Shown here one piece after another: positions 44,308 to 54,130 of a DNA stretch of 64,000 nucleotides (its first letter is position 1; every line of letters begins with the position of its first letter). The notes below the pieces were generated by a model, which did no database searches, was not told the origin of the DNA, and saw only the letters and a list, made by a program, of their open reading frames with translations. The stretch comes from an uncultured delta proteobacterium (GTDB lineage: Bacteria > Desulfobacterota > RBG-13-43-22): positions 20,134 through 84,133 of the forward strand of contig CAVQFQ010000019.1 of the NCBI GenBank assembly GCA_963711835.1, in the 5' to 3' direction. The position numbers and the translations under genes are program-made.

Positions 44308-44709
44308 ATGAAATATTTTACCACTACCTATCGGGTTATTTACGGCGACGTCGATTCCATGAAAGTGGCCTACTATGCCAATTATTTACGCTGGTTTGAA
44401 ATCGGCCGGACGGAGCTGATCCGCGATTTGGGATTGCCCTATGCCGAGATAGAAGCCAGGGGATACCTGCTGCCGGTCACCGAAGCCTACTGCAAATATG
44501 TCAAATCGGCCCATTATGATGAAAAGCTGCTGATCCAGACCGGGGTCAAATTCGTCCGCAAGGTTTCGATGCGTTTTGATTACCGGATCCTGAATCAGGA
44601 AAACGAGCTGCTGGTAGAGGGCCACACGGTGCATGCCTGTCTGGATAAAGAAGGCAAATTTGCCCGGCTCCCGGAACCCCTCTTTGATCTGTTAAATAAA
44701 TGGGATTGA
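44308..44709 (+). CDS. YbgC/FadM-family acyl-CoA thioesterase
   Basis: 'RV.YGDVD.M.V.YYANYLRWFE.GR'. Confidence 0.9.
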   Translation: MKYFTTTYRVIYGDVDSMKVAYYANYLRWFEIGRTELIRDLGLPYAEIEARGYLLPVTEAYCKYVKSAHYDEKLLIQTGVKFVRKVSMRFDYRILNQENELLVEGHTVHACLDKEGKFARLPEPLFDLLNKWD

Positions 44710-44793
44710 AATTCCGGATTACGGTTCCGGCGTATTGCGCTTGACATTTATAGGGAATAGTGAAAAAAATTTTATGAGTAATGCCATTCATCG

Positions 44794-45112
44794 GTATCGT
44801 TCAAAAGTTGTGGCATTATATTTTTGATACACGATAGAAGGGGACCGGGGGTCTTGATTTCAAGGTTGTCCACCATAAACTCCTCACCTTGAAATCCCGC
44901 TTTTAGCGGGGCTGGAAGGGTGACGGTAATGCCTTAAGCAGGCCTTCACCAAAGCTGTTTGTCCGGTTGGGTGAATGCCCGGCTCTAAACCACCCTTAGA
45001 AATCAGGGCCGGATTGGTGGGAAGGATCACCCTTTGGACAAGCCTTGAAATCAAGACCCCCGGTCCCCCAGTCAGGAAATAATGCGCCAATGCCAAAATT
45101 TTTTAACGATAC
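44794..45112 (+). repeat. Structured dispersed element, family 1, copy C (inner element 44840-45068)
   Basis: IR GGGGACCGGGGGTCTTGATTTCAAGG/CCTTGAAATCAAGACCCCCGGTCCCC; outer IR GTATCGTTCAAAAG../..TTTTAACGATAC; core motifs present. Confidence 0.92.
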
Positions 45113-45138
45113 TCATTCATTAGGATAAGGAATAAAAC

Positions 45139-47733
45139 ATGCTTAAAAAAATTCGCTGGAAATTTACTCTGATTGCCGTGCTGGTGGCCGTATCCATCCT
45201 TTTTATTATCCCCTCCCTGACTAAAAATTTTCCTTCCTGGTGGAAACCGATTCTGCCCTCGGAAGGCATGCGTTTGGGTCTGGATTTGCAGGGCGGGATG
45301 CACCTGATCCTGAAGGTGGATTTAATCAAGGCTACCCGCAACCATCTGGAACTGGTCCAGCAGGATTTACGGGAAACCCTGAGGAAAAAGCAGGTCCCGG
45401 CCAGCCGGGGAGAGGTTGCCGGAGACAACCGGCTCAGTTTTCTGATCCCCAACGCCGACCACTTGGCCCAGGTTCAAAAAACCATTAAGGAAGAATTCCC
45501 CAGCTTAACTCTCATCGCCACCCTGCCCAAACAGGAAGGGGTGCAGCTGGATATTGCTCTCAAGGAAAAAGAGATCAAGTCCATTACTGAGAATGCCCTT
45601 TCCCAGAGCCTGGAAATCATCCGCAACCGGATTGATCAGTTCGGGGTTACCGAGCCGACGATTGTGCGGCAGGGATCGGATGAGATCGTGGTTCAGTTGC
45701 CCGGGGTCAAGGATCCCCAAAGGGCCATGGATCTTATCGGCCGGACCGCCCAGTTGGAATTTAAACTGGTGGATGCCGAGACCAAACTGGACCTGGCCGG
45801 CCTCATCGAACAGGCCGTTAGCAGCGGCAAGCTTAAAAGTGAATACGGCCATGCCGACCTGAACCTGGCTCTGAAAGATGCGCTCCCGCTGGAAAGGGAA
45901 ATCTTTATTCGAAAAGAGGTCAACCGGGAAACCGGCCGGGTCAGCCGGGTGCCGGTCTTGCTCTTTACCAAGACGTTGATGACCGGCGATGCCATCAAGA
46001 CCGCCCAGGTTCAGATCGGAGGAAATTTTAACGAGCCCTATGTCAGCGTGACGCTGAATACCCATGGCAGCCGGGTTTTCGACCAGGTCACCCGGGACAA
46101 TGTGGGCCGCCAGTTAGCCATTGTTCTGGATCAGGTGGTCCAATCGGCGCCGGTAATCCAGGAAAGGATATCCGGCGGCCAGGCCCAGATTACCGGCTCC
46201 TTCAGCATGGAAGAGGCCACCGATCTGGCTATCGTCCTGCGGGCCGGGGCCTTGCCGGCTCCGGTGCACATCGTTCAAAATGTAACTGTAGGCCCGTCTC
46301 TGGGGCTGGATTCCATCAACAAAGGTTTCCTGTCGGGTCTGGTGGGGACGGCCCTGGTCGTCTTGTTCATGATGTATTACTACCGTTTTTCCGGCCTGGT
46401 GGCCAACCTGGCCCTGTTCTTAAATGTGATTTTTATGATGGCTGCTTTGGGAATATTCCGGGCCACCCTGACCCTGCCCGGGATTGCCGGGATCATCCTC
46501 TCCATCGGAATGGCGGTGGATTCAAACGTCCTGATCTTTGAACGGATGCGGGAGGAATTCCATGCCGGAAAGCCGGTCAAGTCCGGGGTGGACGGCGGTT
46601 ATGACAAGGCTTTCTGGACCATCATCGATTCCCATGTTACAACTCTGATCACGGCCTTCGCCCTCTTTCTCTTCGGCTCGGGGCCAATTAAGGGCTTTGC
46701 CGTGACCTTGAGTATCGGCGTGATCTTTAACCTTTTCACCGCCCTTTTTTGCACCAGGGTGGTTTATGATTATCTCAGCGTCAAGCGGCGTCTCAAGGCC
46801 CTGCGCTTCGTGGAATTTATCAAGAAATCCCAAATCGATTTTATCGGCCTGAGGAAATACGCTTTTATCCTGTCCGGGATCCTGGTCCTGATCGGGATTA
46901 TCGCCTTTGTTCAGATCAATCGGGGCGAGGCCAACCTGGGAGTGGATTTTTCCGGAGGGACCATGGTCCAGTTCAAGGCCGCTCAATCCTTCCGGCTGGA
47001 TAAAGTCCGCATGGCTTTAGTCCAAAGGGGTTTTAAGGATGCCGAACTGCAGCAGGTGGCCAATGAAAATATTCTGATTGTGCGGACCAAGAAAGCTGAA
47101 CAGTCGGTCGGCAAGGAGGCCGAGGCCATCGGCAAGGCCCTGCAGGAGGACTTCCCGGAACTCAAATTCGCCATGGAGAGCAAGGCCGAGATCGGGGCCT
47201 CGGTCAGCAGCGCCTTAAAGAAGGCGGCCCTGATCGCCATTGCCATTTCCCTGGCGGGGATCATCATCTACCTGGGCTGGCGATTTGAACTGCGCTTCGG
47301 GGTGGCGGCCGCCATCGCCACCTTTCATGATGTCCTGGCCGTATTGGGGATCTTCTATCTGCTGGACAAGGAAATCACCCTGCTCATCATCACCGCTTTA
47401 TTAACCCTGGCCGGGTATTCCCTGACCGATACCGTAGTGGTCTTTGACCGTATCCGGGAAACCATGGGCCGCGGCGGCAAAAGGACCTTCGGGGAGATCA
47501 TCAACATCAGCATCAACGAAGTCCTTTCGCGGACCATCATTACTTCCCTGACCGTCTTCCTGGTGGTCCTGGCCCTCTTCTTCCTGGGCGGGGTGGTCAT
47601 CCATGATTTTGCCCTGGCCCTGCTCCTGGGGGTGGTGATCGGCACCTATTCCTCCATCTTTGTGGCTTCTCCTATTGTCTTTCACTGGCCGGGAAAGAAA
47701 CAGAGAGGGAAGAGGGGAAGAAGCAAGAAATAA
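45139..47733 (+). CDS. secDF: Protein translocase SecDF fusion
   Basis: 'LGLDLQGG', 'RIDQFGV.EP', 'GMAVDSNVLIFER', 'GVDFSGG', 'GYSL.DTVVVFDRIRE'. Confidence 0.96.
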   Translation: MLKKIRWKFTLIAVLVAVSILFIIPSLTKNFPSWWKPILPSEGMRLGLDLQGGMHLILKVDLIKATRNHLELVQQDLRETLRKKQVPASRGEVAGDNRLSFLIPNADHLAQVQKTIKEEFPSLTLIATLPKQEGVQLDIALKEKEIKSITENALSQSLEIIRNRIDQFGVTEPTIVRQGSDEIVVQLPGVKDPQRAMDLIGRTAQLEFKLVDAETKLDLAGLIEQAVSSGKLKSEYGHADLNLALKDALPLEREIFIRKEVNRETGRVSRVPVLLFTKTLMTGDAIKTAQVQIGGNFNEPYVSVTLNTHGSRVFDQVTRDNVGRQLAIVLDQVVQSAPVIQERISGGQAQITGSFSMEEATDLAIVLRAGALPAPVHIVQNVTVGPSLGLDSINKGFLSGLVGTALVVLFMMYYYRFSGLVANLALFLNVIFMMAALGIFRATLTLPGIAGIILSIGMAVDSNVLIFERMREEFHAGKPVKSGVDGGYDKAFWTIIDSHVTTLITAFALFLFGSGPIKGFAVTLSIGVIFNLFTALFCTRVVYDYLSVKRRLKALRFVEFIKKSQIDFIGLRKYAFILSGILVLIGIIAFVQINRGEANLGVDFSGGTMVQFKAAQSFRLDKVRMALVQRGFKDAELQQVANENILIVRTKKAEQSVGKEAEAIGKALQEDFPELKFAMESKAEIGASVSSALKKAALIAIAISLAGIIIYLGWRFELRFGVAAAIATFHDVLAVLGIFYLLDKEITLLIITALLTLAGYSLTDTVVVFDRIRETMGRGGKRTFGEIINISINEVLSRTIITSLTVFLVVLALFFLGGVVIHDFALALLLGVVIGTYSSIFVASPIVFHWPGKKQRGKRGRSKK

Positions 47734-47757
47734 AGAATTAGGATAAACAAAGGCATT

Positions 47758-47968
47758 ATCGGAAATTCGAAATCCGAAACAAATCCTAATGATCAAAACT
47801 CAAAATTCAAAACGTTTGGTTTTGATAATTGAAATTTGAAAATTTGTGCTTGTTTCGGATTTCATGCTTCGAATTTCGAGTTTAAGAAACAGGGGAGGTT
47901 GACTACATTTTCTAACTCGGCATCCGGCATCAGACACCAAGCATCGGATATCCCCGTCACTTGTCACA
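47758..47968. repeat. Heptamer-repeat palindromic tract (TTCGAAA/TTTCGRA, GCATCCG) between converging secDF and cytochrome b
   Basis: attcgaaatccgaaacaaa...gtttcggatttc..ttcgaatttcga. Confidence 0.6.
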
Positions 47969-47970
47969 CA

Positions 47971-48609
47971 CTAAAGCGGTTTTCCCGCCAAGCCGTCCTT
48001 TCTCACCCTCCAGAAATGATAAAAAATCAACAGGATCATCAGCCCGGGCAGGATCAGGCAGTGGAAGAGGTAAAAACGGATAGCCGTCAGGGCGCCTATC
48101 TCCGGACCACCCACTAATAAAATATAGAGAGGCTTGCCCAACAAGGGGATTTCACGAACCAGTTGGGTGGCCACCTGCAGGGCGGCAAAGGTATCGGCAT
48201 CCCAACGCAGTACATAGCCGGTAAAATCAATCAACAGGGTTAACAGGAAGAGACAAAGACCCACCCACCAGTTGAGCTGCCGCGGGGGCCGGTAGGCCCG
48301 GTAATAAAAGACCCGGATCATGTGGAGCATAAGGGCCAGGACCATAAGTTGACCGGACCAGTAGTGAAAAGTGCGCAGGAAGCCCCCGTAGGGAACCAGA
48401 TAGGTGATCCGGGTGATGCTGGGATAGGCCCGGTCCTGAACAGGCAGATAATAAAAAGCCAATAGAATGCCGCTTAAAATCAGCAGGAAAAAAAGAAAGA
48501 AAGTGGATCCTCCCAAACAGAAGGTGTAGCTGAAGCGGATGCTCTCTGGCGGGAGCTTCAAAGGATGCAGGTGCTTCCAGAAGCTGTCTTCGAGGTATCC
48601 TTTTTTCAT
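47971..48609 (-). CDS. Cytochrome b N-terminal subunit (b6/PetB-like, ExtP-like)
   Basis: Four heme-b histidines ('H.W...M....HM.RV', 'FH....P.......H') and heme-ci motif FCLGG. Confidence 0.9.
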   Translation of the reverse strand: MKKGYLEDSFWKHLHPLKLPPESIRFSYTFCLGGSTFFLFFLLILSGILLAFYYLPVQDRAYPSITRITYLVPYGGFLRTFHYWSGQLMVLALMLHMIRVFYYRAYRPPRQLNWWVGLCLFLLTLLIDFTGYVLRWDADTFAALQVATQLVREIPLLGKPLYILLVGGPEIGALTAIRFYLFHCLILPGLMILLIFYHFWRVRKDGLAGKPL

Positions 48610-49079
48610 AAATTAACCCGAAAAGCCTGATCCACTATTCGGCCGGTATCGGCCCAGAGCGTTTTTTTCCCGTCCAGCCAAAGGAAGGGCCGGGAGAGGG
48701 GACGCGTTGCCGGTCCCTTGGTCGGGAAACCCTGGAGGTCGAAGCGGCTGCCGTGACAGGGGCAGATCAATAGCTTGCTGGTTTGATCCAGCGCCGGCCG
48801 GCAGCCTAGATGGGTGCAGATGTTGGAAAGGGCATACCAGCCTCGTTCATCTTGAATCAACCAGAGGCCCTGTGCAAAATGCCAAGGGGTTTTTGATTGG
48901 GCCAGGGCTTGGGAACCGATTACCGGAAATTTGGCGGGCCTGTCCGGCATGGCCGGAGAAAAAAGAAAGGAAACCCCCTGCTTCAATAGGAGATAAACCG
49001 ATCCCGCCCCGGCCAGCAGGCCCAGCGTTAAAAAGATCCTTCGGGAAAATCGGGAATCAAAGGGGGGAAGAAATCTCAA
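48606..49079 (-). CDS. Rieske [2Fe-2S] protein with Tat signal
   Basis: SRRIFL; CTHLGC and CPCHGSRFD. Confidence 0.92.
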   Translation of the reverse strand: MRFLPPFDSRFSRRIFLTLGLLAGAGSVYLLLKQGVSFLFSPAMPDRPAKFPVIGSQALAQSKTPWHFAQGLWLIQDERGWYALSNICTHLGCRPALDQTSKLLICPCHGSRFDLQGFPTKGPATRPLSRPFLWLDGKKTLWADTGRIVDQAFRVNL

Positions 49080-49273
49080 AGTTGACTCTGTTCAGAATTT
49101 CTTTTTTTAGGTATAATTTCCTTAAAAGTAAATCCCGGCTCTGCCGGAGGAATCCCTGAGGTTGACAAATCTCCCTCAATCCCCCTTCCCAAAGGGGAAA
49201 GTTTCCCCTCCCTTTGAAAAAGGCAGGTCGGGAAGGATTTACAAGGCCTTTTGTTTTTTTAAAATATTATTCC

Positions 49274-49651
49274 ATGGAAAACAAGGAAGAAAGAATAACC
49301 CGCGATCAGCTCCTGTTCAAGGAATTCATCGCCCTTCTGGTTTTATTGTTTTTCTGCTGCTGGCTGGCGGTCTGGGTTCCCGCCCCTTTGTCCCAGCCGG
49401 GAGGAGAGATGCTACCTCCCGGGGTGACGGTTCAGGCCCCCTGGATCTTCGCCGGCCTGCAGACCTTGCTGCTCTATTTCCATCCCCTTGTGGCAGGTCT
49501 TGTCTTTCCCCTGGTCGTACTCCTCTTCCTGGTCCTATTGCCCCTGGAGGCCAAAACCCGACTCCACCCCGCCCTGACGCGAATTCTTTTCGCCCTCCTC
49601 CTACTGGGAGGAATCGCCCTTACCCTTTATGGTCTTTTTCGAATAAAATGA
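49274..49651 (+). CDS. Cytochrome b C-terminal subunit-IV-like membrane protein (ExtQ-like)
   Basis: Three TM helices, 'PAPL', 'APWIF.GLQ.LL' at the PEWY-equivalent position. Confidence 0.75.
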   Translation: MENKEERITRDQLLFKEFIALLVLLFFCCWLAVWVPAPLSQPGGEMLPPGVTVQAPWIFAGLQTLLLYFHPLVAGLVFPLVVLLFLVLLPLEAKTRLHPALTRILFALLLLGGIALTLYGLFRIK

Positions 49652-49659
49652 TCGGAATA

Positions 49660-49979
49660 GTCCCAAAGTTACGTGAATCTCAAACCGATGGGGTCGCTTC
49701 TTAAAATATTAAAACACCCCAAAGGGCTTCAGAGGCCTTGATTCCAAGGATTGTCCGCCAAAACGCCAGCCGCCTGAACCCGGGCAGGAAGTTCATAATG
49801 GGGTTTAGAAACAGGCCAACACCAAAGCTATTTATCGTCTTGGGTGAATGCCCGGCTCCCAACCAACTTAGAAATTAGGGCCGGGTTGGGGCTACGGATT
49901 ACCTTTTGGACAACCTTGAAATCAAGACCCCCGAAGCCCTCTATGAATGGATAGCTTAAAAATCACGTAACGTTGGGAC
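49660..49979 (+). repeat. Structured dispersed element, family 1, copy D (inner element 49723-49940)
   Basis: IR AGGGCTTC..TTGTCC/GGACAA..GAAGCCCT; outer IR GTCCCAAAGTTACGTGA/TCACGTAACGTTGGGAC; interior very similar to copy B. Confidence 0.92.
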
Positions 49980-50016
49980 AAACTCAAATGATCGGGTATT
50001 TGTTTTTTTGACTGGC

Positions 50017-51933
50017 TCAATCTACCGCCCGGTACAAGCCCTTTTCCATAAAGTACTTTGTTGCATATCCTTTATAATTATTTGATTTATTTAGTAATAA
50101 TCTTAATTCGCTTTTATTGTAGGGGCGGGCGCCCGGGCGGGTTTGGGTCTGCAGGGGCCTTCCATCCAAATCAACCAGGGCCTCCCATTCAAAATCAATA
50201 GAAAGGCCGTCTTTCTTGGGCTGGGTCAAGGGGACGGAAAAGCGAAGAAGGTTCTTTTTATTTCCTGCGGGTAGACGGTTTCCCAGTCCAAGGGCCCGGG
50301 GATTTTCGTGACAGCCCTCACAACGCAGCGTTTCCCTTCTGATAGTATGGGGGGCGTAGGGATTGAATCCCAAACCGGGTTTCCCATCCCTGGTTCTGGG
50401 AATGAGGCTGTCTAAGCGCACCTTTCCTCTCTCATCCACATGACTGATGACAAATTGATTAAGGGGCCTGAAGACGCTGGTTTTCCCCCGCTCGTTAAGG
50501 CCGAAGATGGGGGATTCAAAACGACGGTAACTGTACCCGCCATACCAAATGCCAGGCTTGACCGAGCCATCAAGGTAATCCCGGGCCGCAGGAGGGGTCC
50601 ACTGCTCGCTTTTTAAGGGCAGGTTTTGGCGCAGCAGGGCTTGTACCTGAGGATCGTTCTGAATCCAAAGAGGAGCCCACTTTTCATAATCAGCCCGGTC
50701 CTCCCGGATCAGGTGGAAGCCGAAATCCTGATAGGACCAGAGGGCGTGGCAGCTATGGCACTCCATGTTGCTGATATGTTCAGGGATGCGGTGGGAGACT
50801 GGAAAGGGTTTCTGGGAGAGTTGTGGGATGCGATGTTTTCTGCCGTCCAGTTTGGAATAAAGAAAAATTTTTCCAGCTTCTTTCCTGATATGTTTTAATG
50901 GATTACCGGCAGAATCTAAAATCACTTCTATAGTGTTAGGGACTTTAATCCTCTCTGTTCGGGGACCTTTCCGGGGTGTCCCGTGGCAGTCCCGGCAGCG
51001 GATGGTTACCTGCTCCGGGGCATGAGAAACCAATTTCCCGCTGCCCATGGCATCCCGGGAGCCATGACAGTCAATACAACCCAGGCCCTTTTCGAAATGG
51101 ACATCGGCCGTCAAGTTCCTGGGATCGAATCCGTGAATTAAAGAAGCCTGCTCCCCGTCCTTTGAAAAAAAGCGGTAACTTTCCTCATAGTCCCGTTCCG
51201 CCAGACCCACAAAGTCCATGCCCACCCGGTGCCCATTGTGGCAGGTCAAACACTGTTGGGTGGGGATGGCCCGGGTAAGGCCGTGCTGAAGGGGGAAGCC
51301 CCTTTTTTGTTTTCCCGGATTTCCCTTGATCTGGTCCATCCAGCCGGCCATAGCTTGATCCTTGCTCCGGCTGAGGCCGTCAGGCCCATAGGGCATATGG
51401 CAGGCGGCGCAGCCCTCGGCCCGCCAGTCCCCATAGCGGCCTTCCCCGGTGGTTTGGAGATGGCAGCGCAGACAGCGGCGCCGTAAAAGATCATCCACCA
51501 GTTGTCCGGTCTGGCCATAGCGGGGCAGGCCCGGATAAGGATCTATCGAGCGGTTCAGGTACTGGAGATTCGGTTTTTCCTGAGCGCCCCAGAGATAACG
51601 GGTCTGATTGATTTCACCGGCTGAGGTGGCCATGATGGATCGGGTAACCCGGGCCACTTGGGCCTCATGGCAGGGCAGGCAGCGGATCGAAGCCTGATTT
51701 AAGGCCGAAGGGTTGGCCACCAGGCCCTGGTGGGCCTGGTCCTTTTCCTTTTCATCGGGTTTCCCCTGGTGACAGCGCCGGCAGGGAAAGGTGTGATTCG
51801 GTCCGGGCGATTCAATGCCCTGATGGCAGGACAGGCAGCCTTCTTTGGTCGGCCGGGCCTGGTCAGCCGCACCTCCCATGAGGCCGAGGAGGCTGATCAT
51901 CATTAATCCAGACAACAGAAAAGGCCTGGTCAT
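50017..51933 (-). CDS. Periplasmic multiheme cytochrome c (10 CxxCH), ExtO/ExtM-like
   Basis: Signal peptide; 10 CxxCH motifs counted; paralog of the neighbouring gene ('DVHFEKGLGCIDCH', 'I.C.DCHG'). Confidence 0.9.
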   Translation of the reverse strand: MTRPFLLSGLMMISLLGLMGGAADQARPTKEGCLSCHQGIESPGPNHTFPCRRCHQGKPDEKEKDQAHQGLVANPSALNQASIRCLPCHEAQVARVTRSIMATSAGEINQTRYLWGAQEKPNLQYLNRSIDPYPGLPRYGQTGQLVDDLLRRRCLRCHLQTTGEGRYGDWRAEGCAACHMPYGPDGLSRSKDQAMAGWMDQIKGNPGKQKRGFPLQHGLTRAIPTQQCLTCHNGHRVGMDFVGLAERDYEESYRFFSKDGEQASLIHGFDPRNLTADVHFEKGLGCIDCHGSRDAMGSGKLVSHAPEQVTIRCRDCHGTPRKGPRTERIKVPNTIEVILDSAGNPLKHIRKEAGKIFLYSKLDGRKHRIPQLSQKPFPVSHRIPEHISNMECHSCHALWSYQDFGFHLIREDRADYEKWAPLWIQNDPQVQALLRQNLPLKSEQWTPPAARDYLDGSVKPGIWYGGYSYRRFESPIFGLNERGKTSVFRPLNQFVISHVDERGKVRLDSLIPRTRDGKPGLGFNPYAPHTIRRETLRCEGCHENPRALGLGNRLPAGNKKNLLRFSVPLTQPKKDGLSIDFEWEALVDLDGRPLQTQTRPGARPYNKSELRLLLNKSNNYKGYATKYFMEKGLYRAVD

Positions 51934-54026
51934 CGGGGAAGCCCTTTCAAAAAACGGTTGACGATCTGGAGATGCTTGGGGCTGCGGTCAAGGATCAGGC
52001 TTTTTTCAAAGTTCCGGTAAATGGGATCCTGATAGGAATCATGGCAGGGCAGGCAGGGCGTCAGGCGAAGGATTCGATTCAGTTCCGCCTCATTGAAAGG
52101 GCGCGCATCCGGACGTGAGGCGGATTGAAGGGGCCGGCCCTCGGGGGTGCTTAAGGACTCCCAGGAATAAGGAAAAACCTGTTCACCTTTATGAGGGGAA
52201 AGGTGCCTATCGGCAAAGCGACTTTTTCCTGAAATCAGTAGCCCGCTGCCCAAACCCAGCAATTTAGGATTTCCGTGGCAGTCCTGGCAGGGGCGGACTT
52301 CTTTCCGGGTGGAGTGGGGATTGATGGGACCGGCCACTATTCCGGTAAAGCCAGTCCGCTGGTGCACGGCCCGATCCCATCCCGGGAGGGGCTGGTTCCG
52401 GGCATCAAGCAGGGTTACCAAGACCTGACATCCCGGCATAAAGGGGGAGACCCGGCCCCGCTGATTGATGCCCAGGGGCGGGTCTTCAAAACGGTAATAA
52501 TCGCGGGTCTCCTGCCAGCGGCCGGGGGATTGGACCCGGGCCTGGGCATCCAATTGGTTCTCCCCGTTCTTGCGATAGTCGTGACAGCCGTAACACTGGG
52601 GGGCCCAGCGGGAGTGGCAGGAGAAGCACTCCATCCGATCGGAGCCATGCCCGGGAAACCGATGCGCTCCCGGCTGTCGGGTAATGATCTTAAGCGGATG
52701 CCGGCGGCCGTCCACCTTGCTATAGAGCACCCACCCGGGGGATTCCTTCCGGATATTAACCAGGGTATGGCCTCCGGAGGATCGAAGCAGTTCATCCCCC
52801 ACCTTCAAGGGCGGGGCCTTTCCAAAGGCCGAAGCCCATAGGGCGGGGTCTTCTTCGGACTGGATCCGATAGGTTTTCGGAGCTTCCTTTTCGGTTCCAT
52901 GACAATCGCGGCAACGGATCTTCACTTGTTGAAACATACGGGAATAAATTCGGCCGTCCCCCATAATTTCTCCGGCCGTATGACAGTCGATGCAGTGCAT
53001 CCCTTTTTCAAAGTGGATATCCGGGGTCAGATGCTGGACGAACCGGCCGCCGCTTAAACGGTTGGGATTCATCCGGCCTTGTTGATAAGGAGTTCCGTAC
53101 TGATCCGATTCCATCAGGCCGCTGAAGGTCAGGCCGATCCGGCCGCTGCGGTTATGGCAACGCAGGCATTGGGCCGTAGGGATGGCTGCCGTGAGGTGAT
53201 GTCTTTTTCCATAACCCTCTTTGGTTCGGGACAGGGCGCGGTCCCGTCCTTCATAGGTGCCGGTCTCGTTCCGCGCCACATGGCAGGAGGAACAACCGCC
53301 GCCGTGGGCGCCTGGTCCGGATGGCCTTTCGTTATTCAGGTGGCAGCGGGAACAGAACTTTCGCCACTGATCATCGGCGACCTGGCCGGAAACGGTCAGG
53401 GTGTTTCCCCGTTCATCCCGGCTGATGACGGCGCCGCTTCCATCTTTGGGCAGGCTCAGGTGATTAAAAAAAGGAATGGTCTTTAGATCCTTATCGGGGC
53501 CCTGAATGCCAACGGAACCGTAAAGGGCCTCAGGGGTGAGTTGGGCGCCCCAGGTATAGCGCAAGCCGGCAATGACGCCGGCCATTGTGGCCATCAGACT
53601 TCGGGGAGAGGTCTGAGCCGGATTTTTTTCCACCTGGCTATGCCCGGCATGGCAGAGGGTTCCGTCCGGCGCCCTTCGGCCGCAGGTTTTATGAATGACT
53701 CGAAAGTCCGACGGATTCCTTCCGCCCCACAACCCTTGATGGGCCAGGTCTTTGTCCAGGGCCAGGCCGTTTCCGCCATGACAGATGGTGCAGCCGAAAC
53801 TTTGAACAGGATGAGAGCCGGAGATTTCTTCAAGACCGAAATGGCAGGTCAGGCAACGCTCCCGGATATTCCATTGGGCCAGGTAAACTTCTTTGACTTT
53901 CAGGTCATGATGGGAGGATTTCTGGATCCTTTTCCATTCCCGATTGGCTTCCTGATGCCGGATGCCAAGCAGGGTGGCCAGGAGAATCACGGTGGCTGCA
54001 AAAAAGAGAAAGGGCTTTTTCTGCAT
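51930..54026 (-). CDS. Membrane-anchored multiheme cytochrome c (11 CxxCH plus one C-x9-CH), ExtM-like
   Basis: N-terminal TM helix; 11 CxxCH motifs counted; CGRRAPDGTLCH aligns with heme 3 of the paralog. Confidence 0.9.
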   Translation of the reverse strand: MQKKPFLFFAATVILLATLLGIRHQEANREWKRIQKSSHHDLKVKEVYLAQWNIRERCLTCHFGLEEISGSHPVQSFGCTICHGGNGLALDKDLAHQGLWGGRNPSDFRVIHKTCGRRAPDGTLCHAGHSQVEKNPAQTSPRSLMATMAGVIAGLRYTWGAQLTPEALYGSVGIQGPDKDLKTIPFFNHLSLPKDGSGAVISRDERGNTLTVSGQVADDQWRKFCSRCHLNNERPSGPGAHGGGCSSCHVARNETGTYEGRDRALSRTKEGYGKRHHLTAAIPTAQCLRCHNRSGRIGLTFSGLMESDQYGTPYQQGRMNPNRLSGGRFVQHLTPDIHFEKGMHCIDCHTAGEIMGDGRIYSRMFQQVKIRCRDCHGTEKEAPKTYRIQSEEDPALWASAFGKAPPLKVGDELLRSSGGHTLVNIRKESPGWVLYSKVDGRRHPLKIITRQPGAHRFPGHGSDRMECFSCHSRWAPQCYGCHDYRKNGENQLDAQARVQSPGRWQETRDYYRFEDPPLGINQRGRVSPFMPGCQVLVTLLDARNQPLPGWDRAVHQRTGFTGIVAGPINPHSTRKEVRPCQDCHGNPKLLGLGSGLLISGKSRFADRHLSPHKGEQVFPYSWESLSTPEGRPLQSASRPDARPFNEAELNRILRLTPCLPCHDSYQDPIYRNFEKSLILDRSPKHLQIVNRFLKGLPR

Positions 54027-54130
54027 GGATAGGCATTGTAATTTGAAATGGGAGTATTGTCAAAGCCTCAAGAAATGATTATTGTAATAAAATAGATTTT
54101 TTATCAAAAAAGGAGAATCGGAGGAAATTG

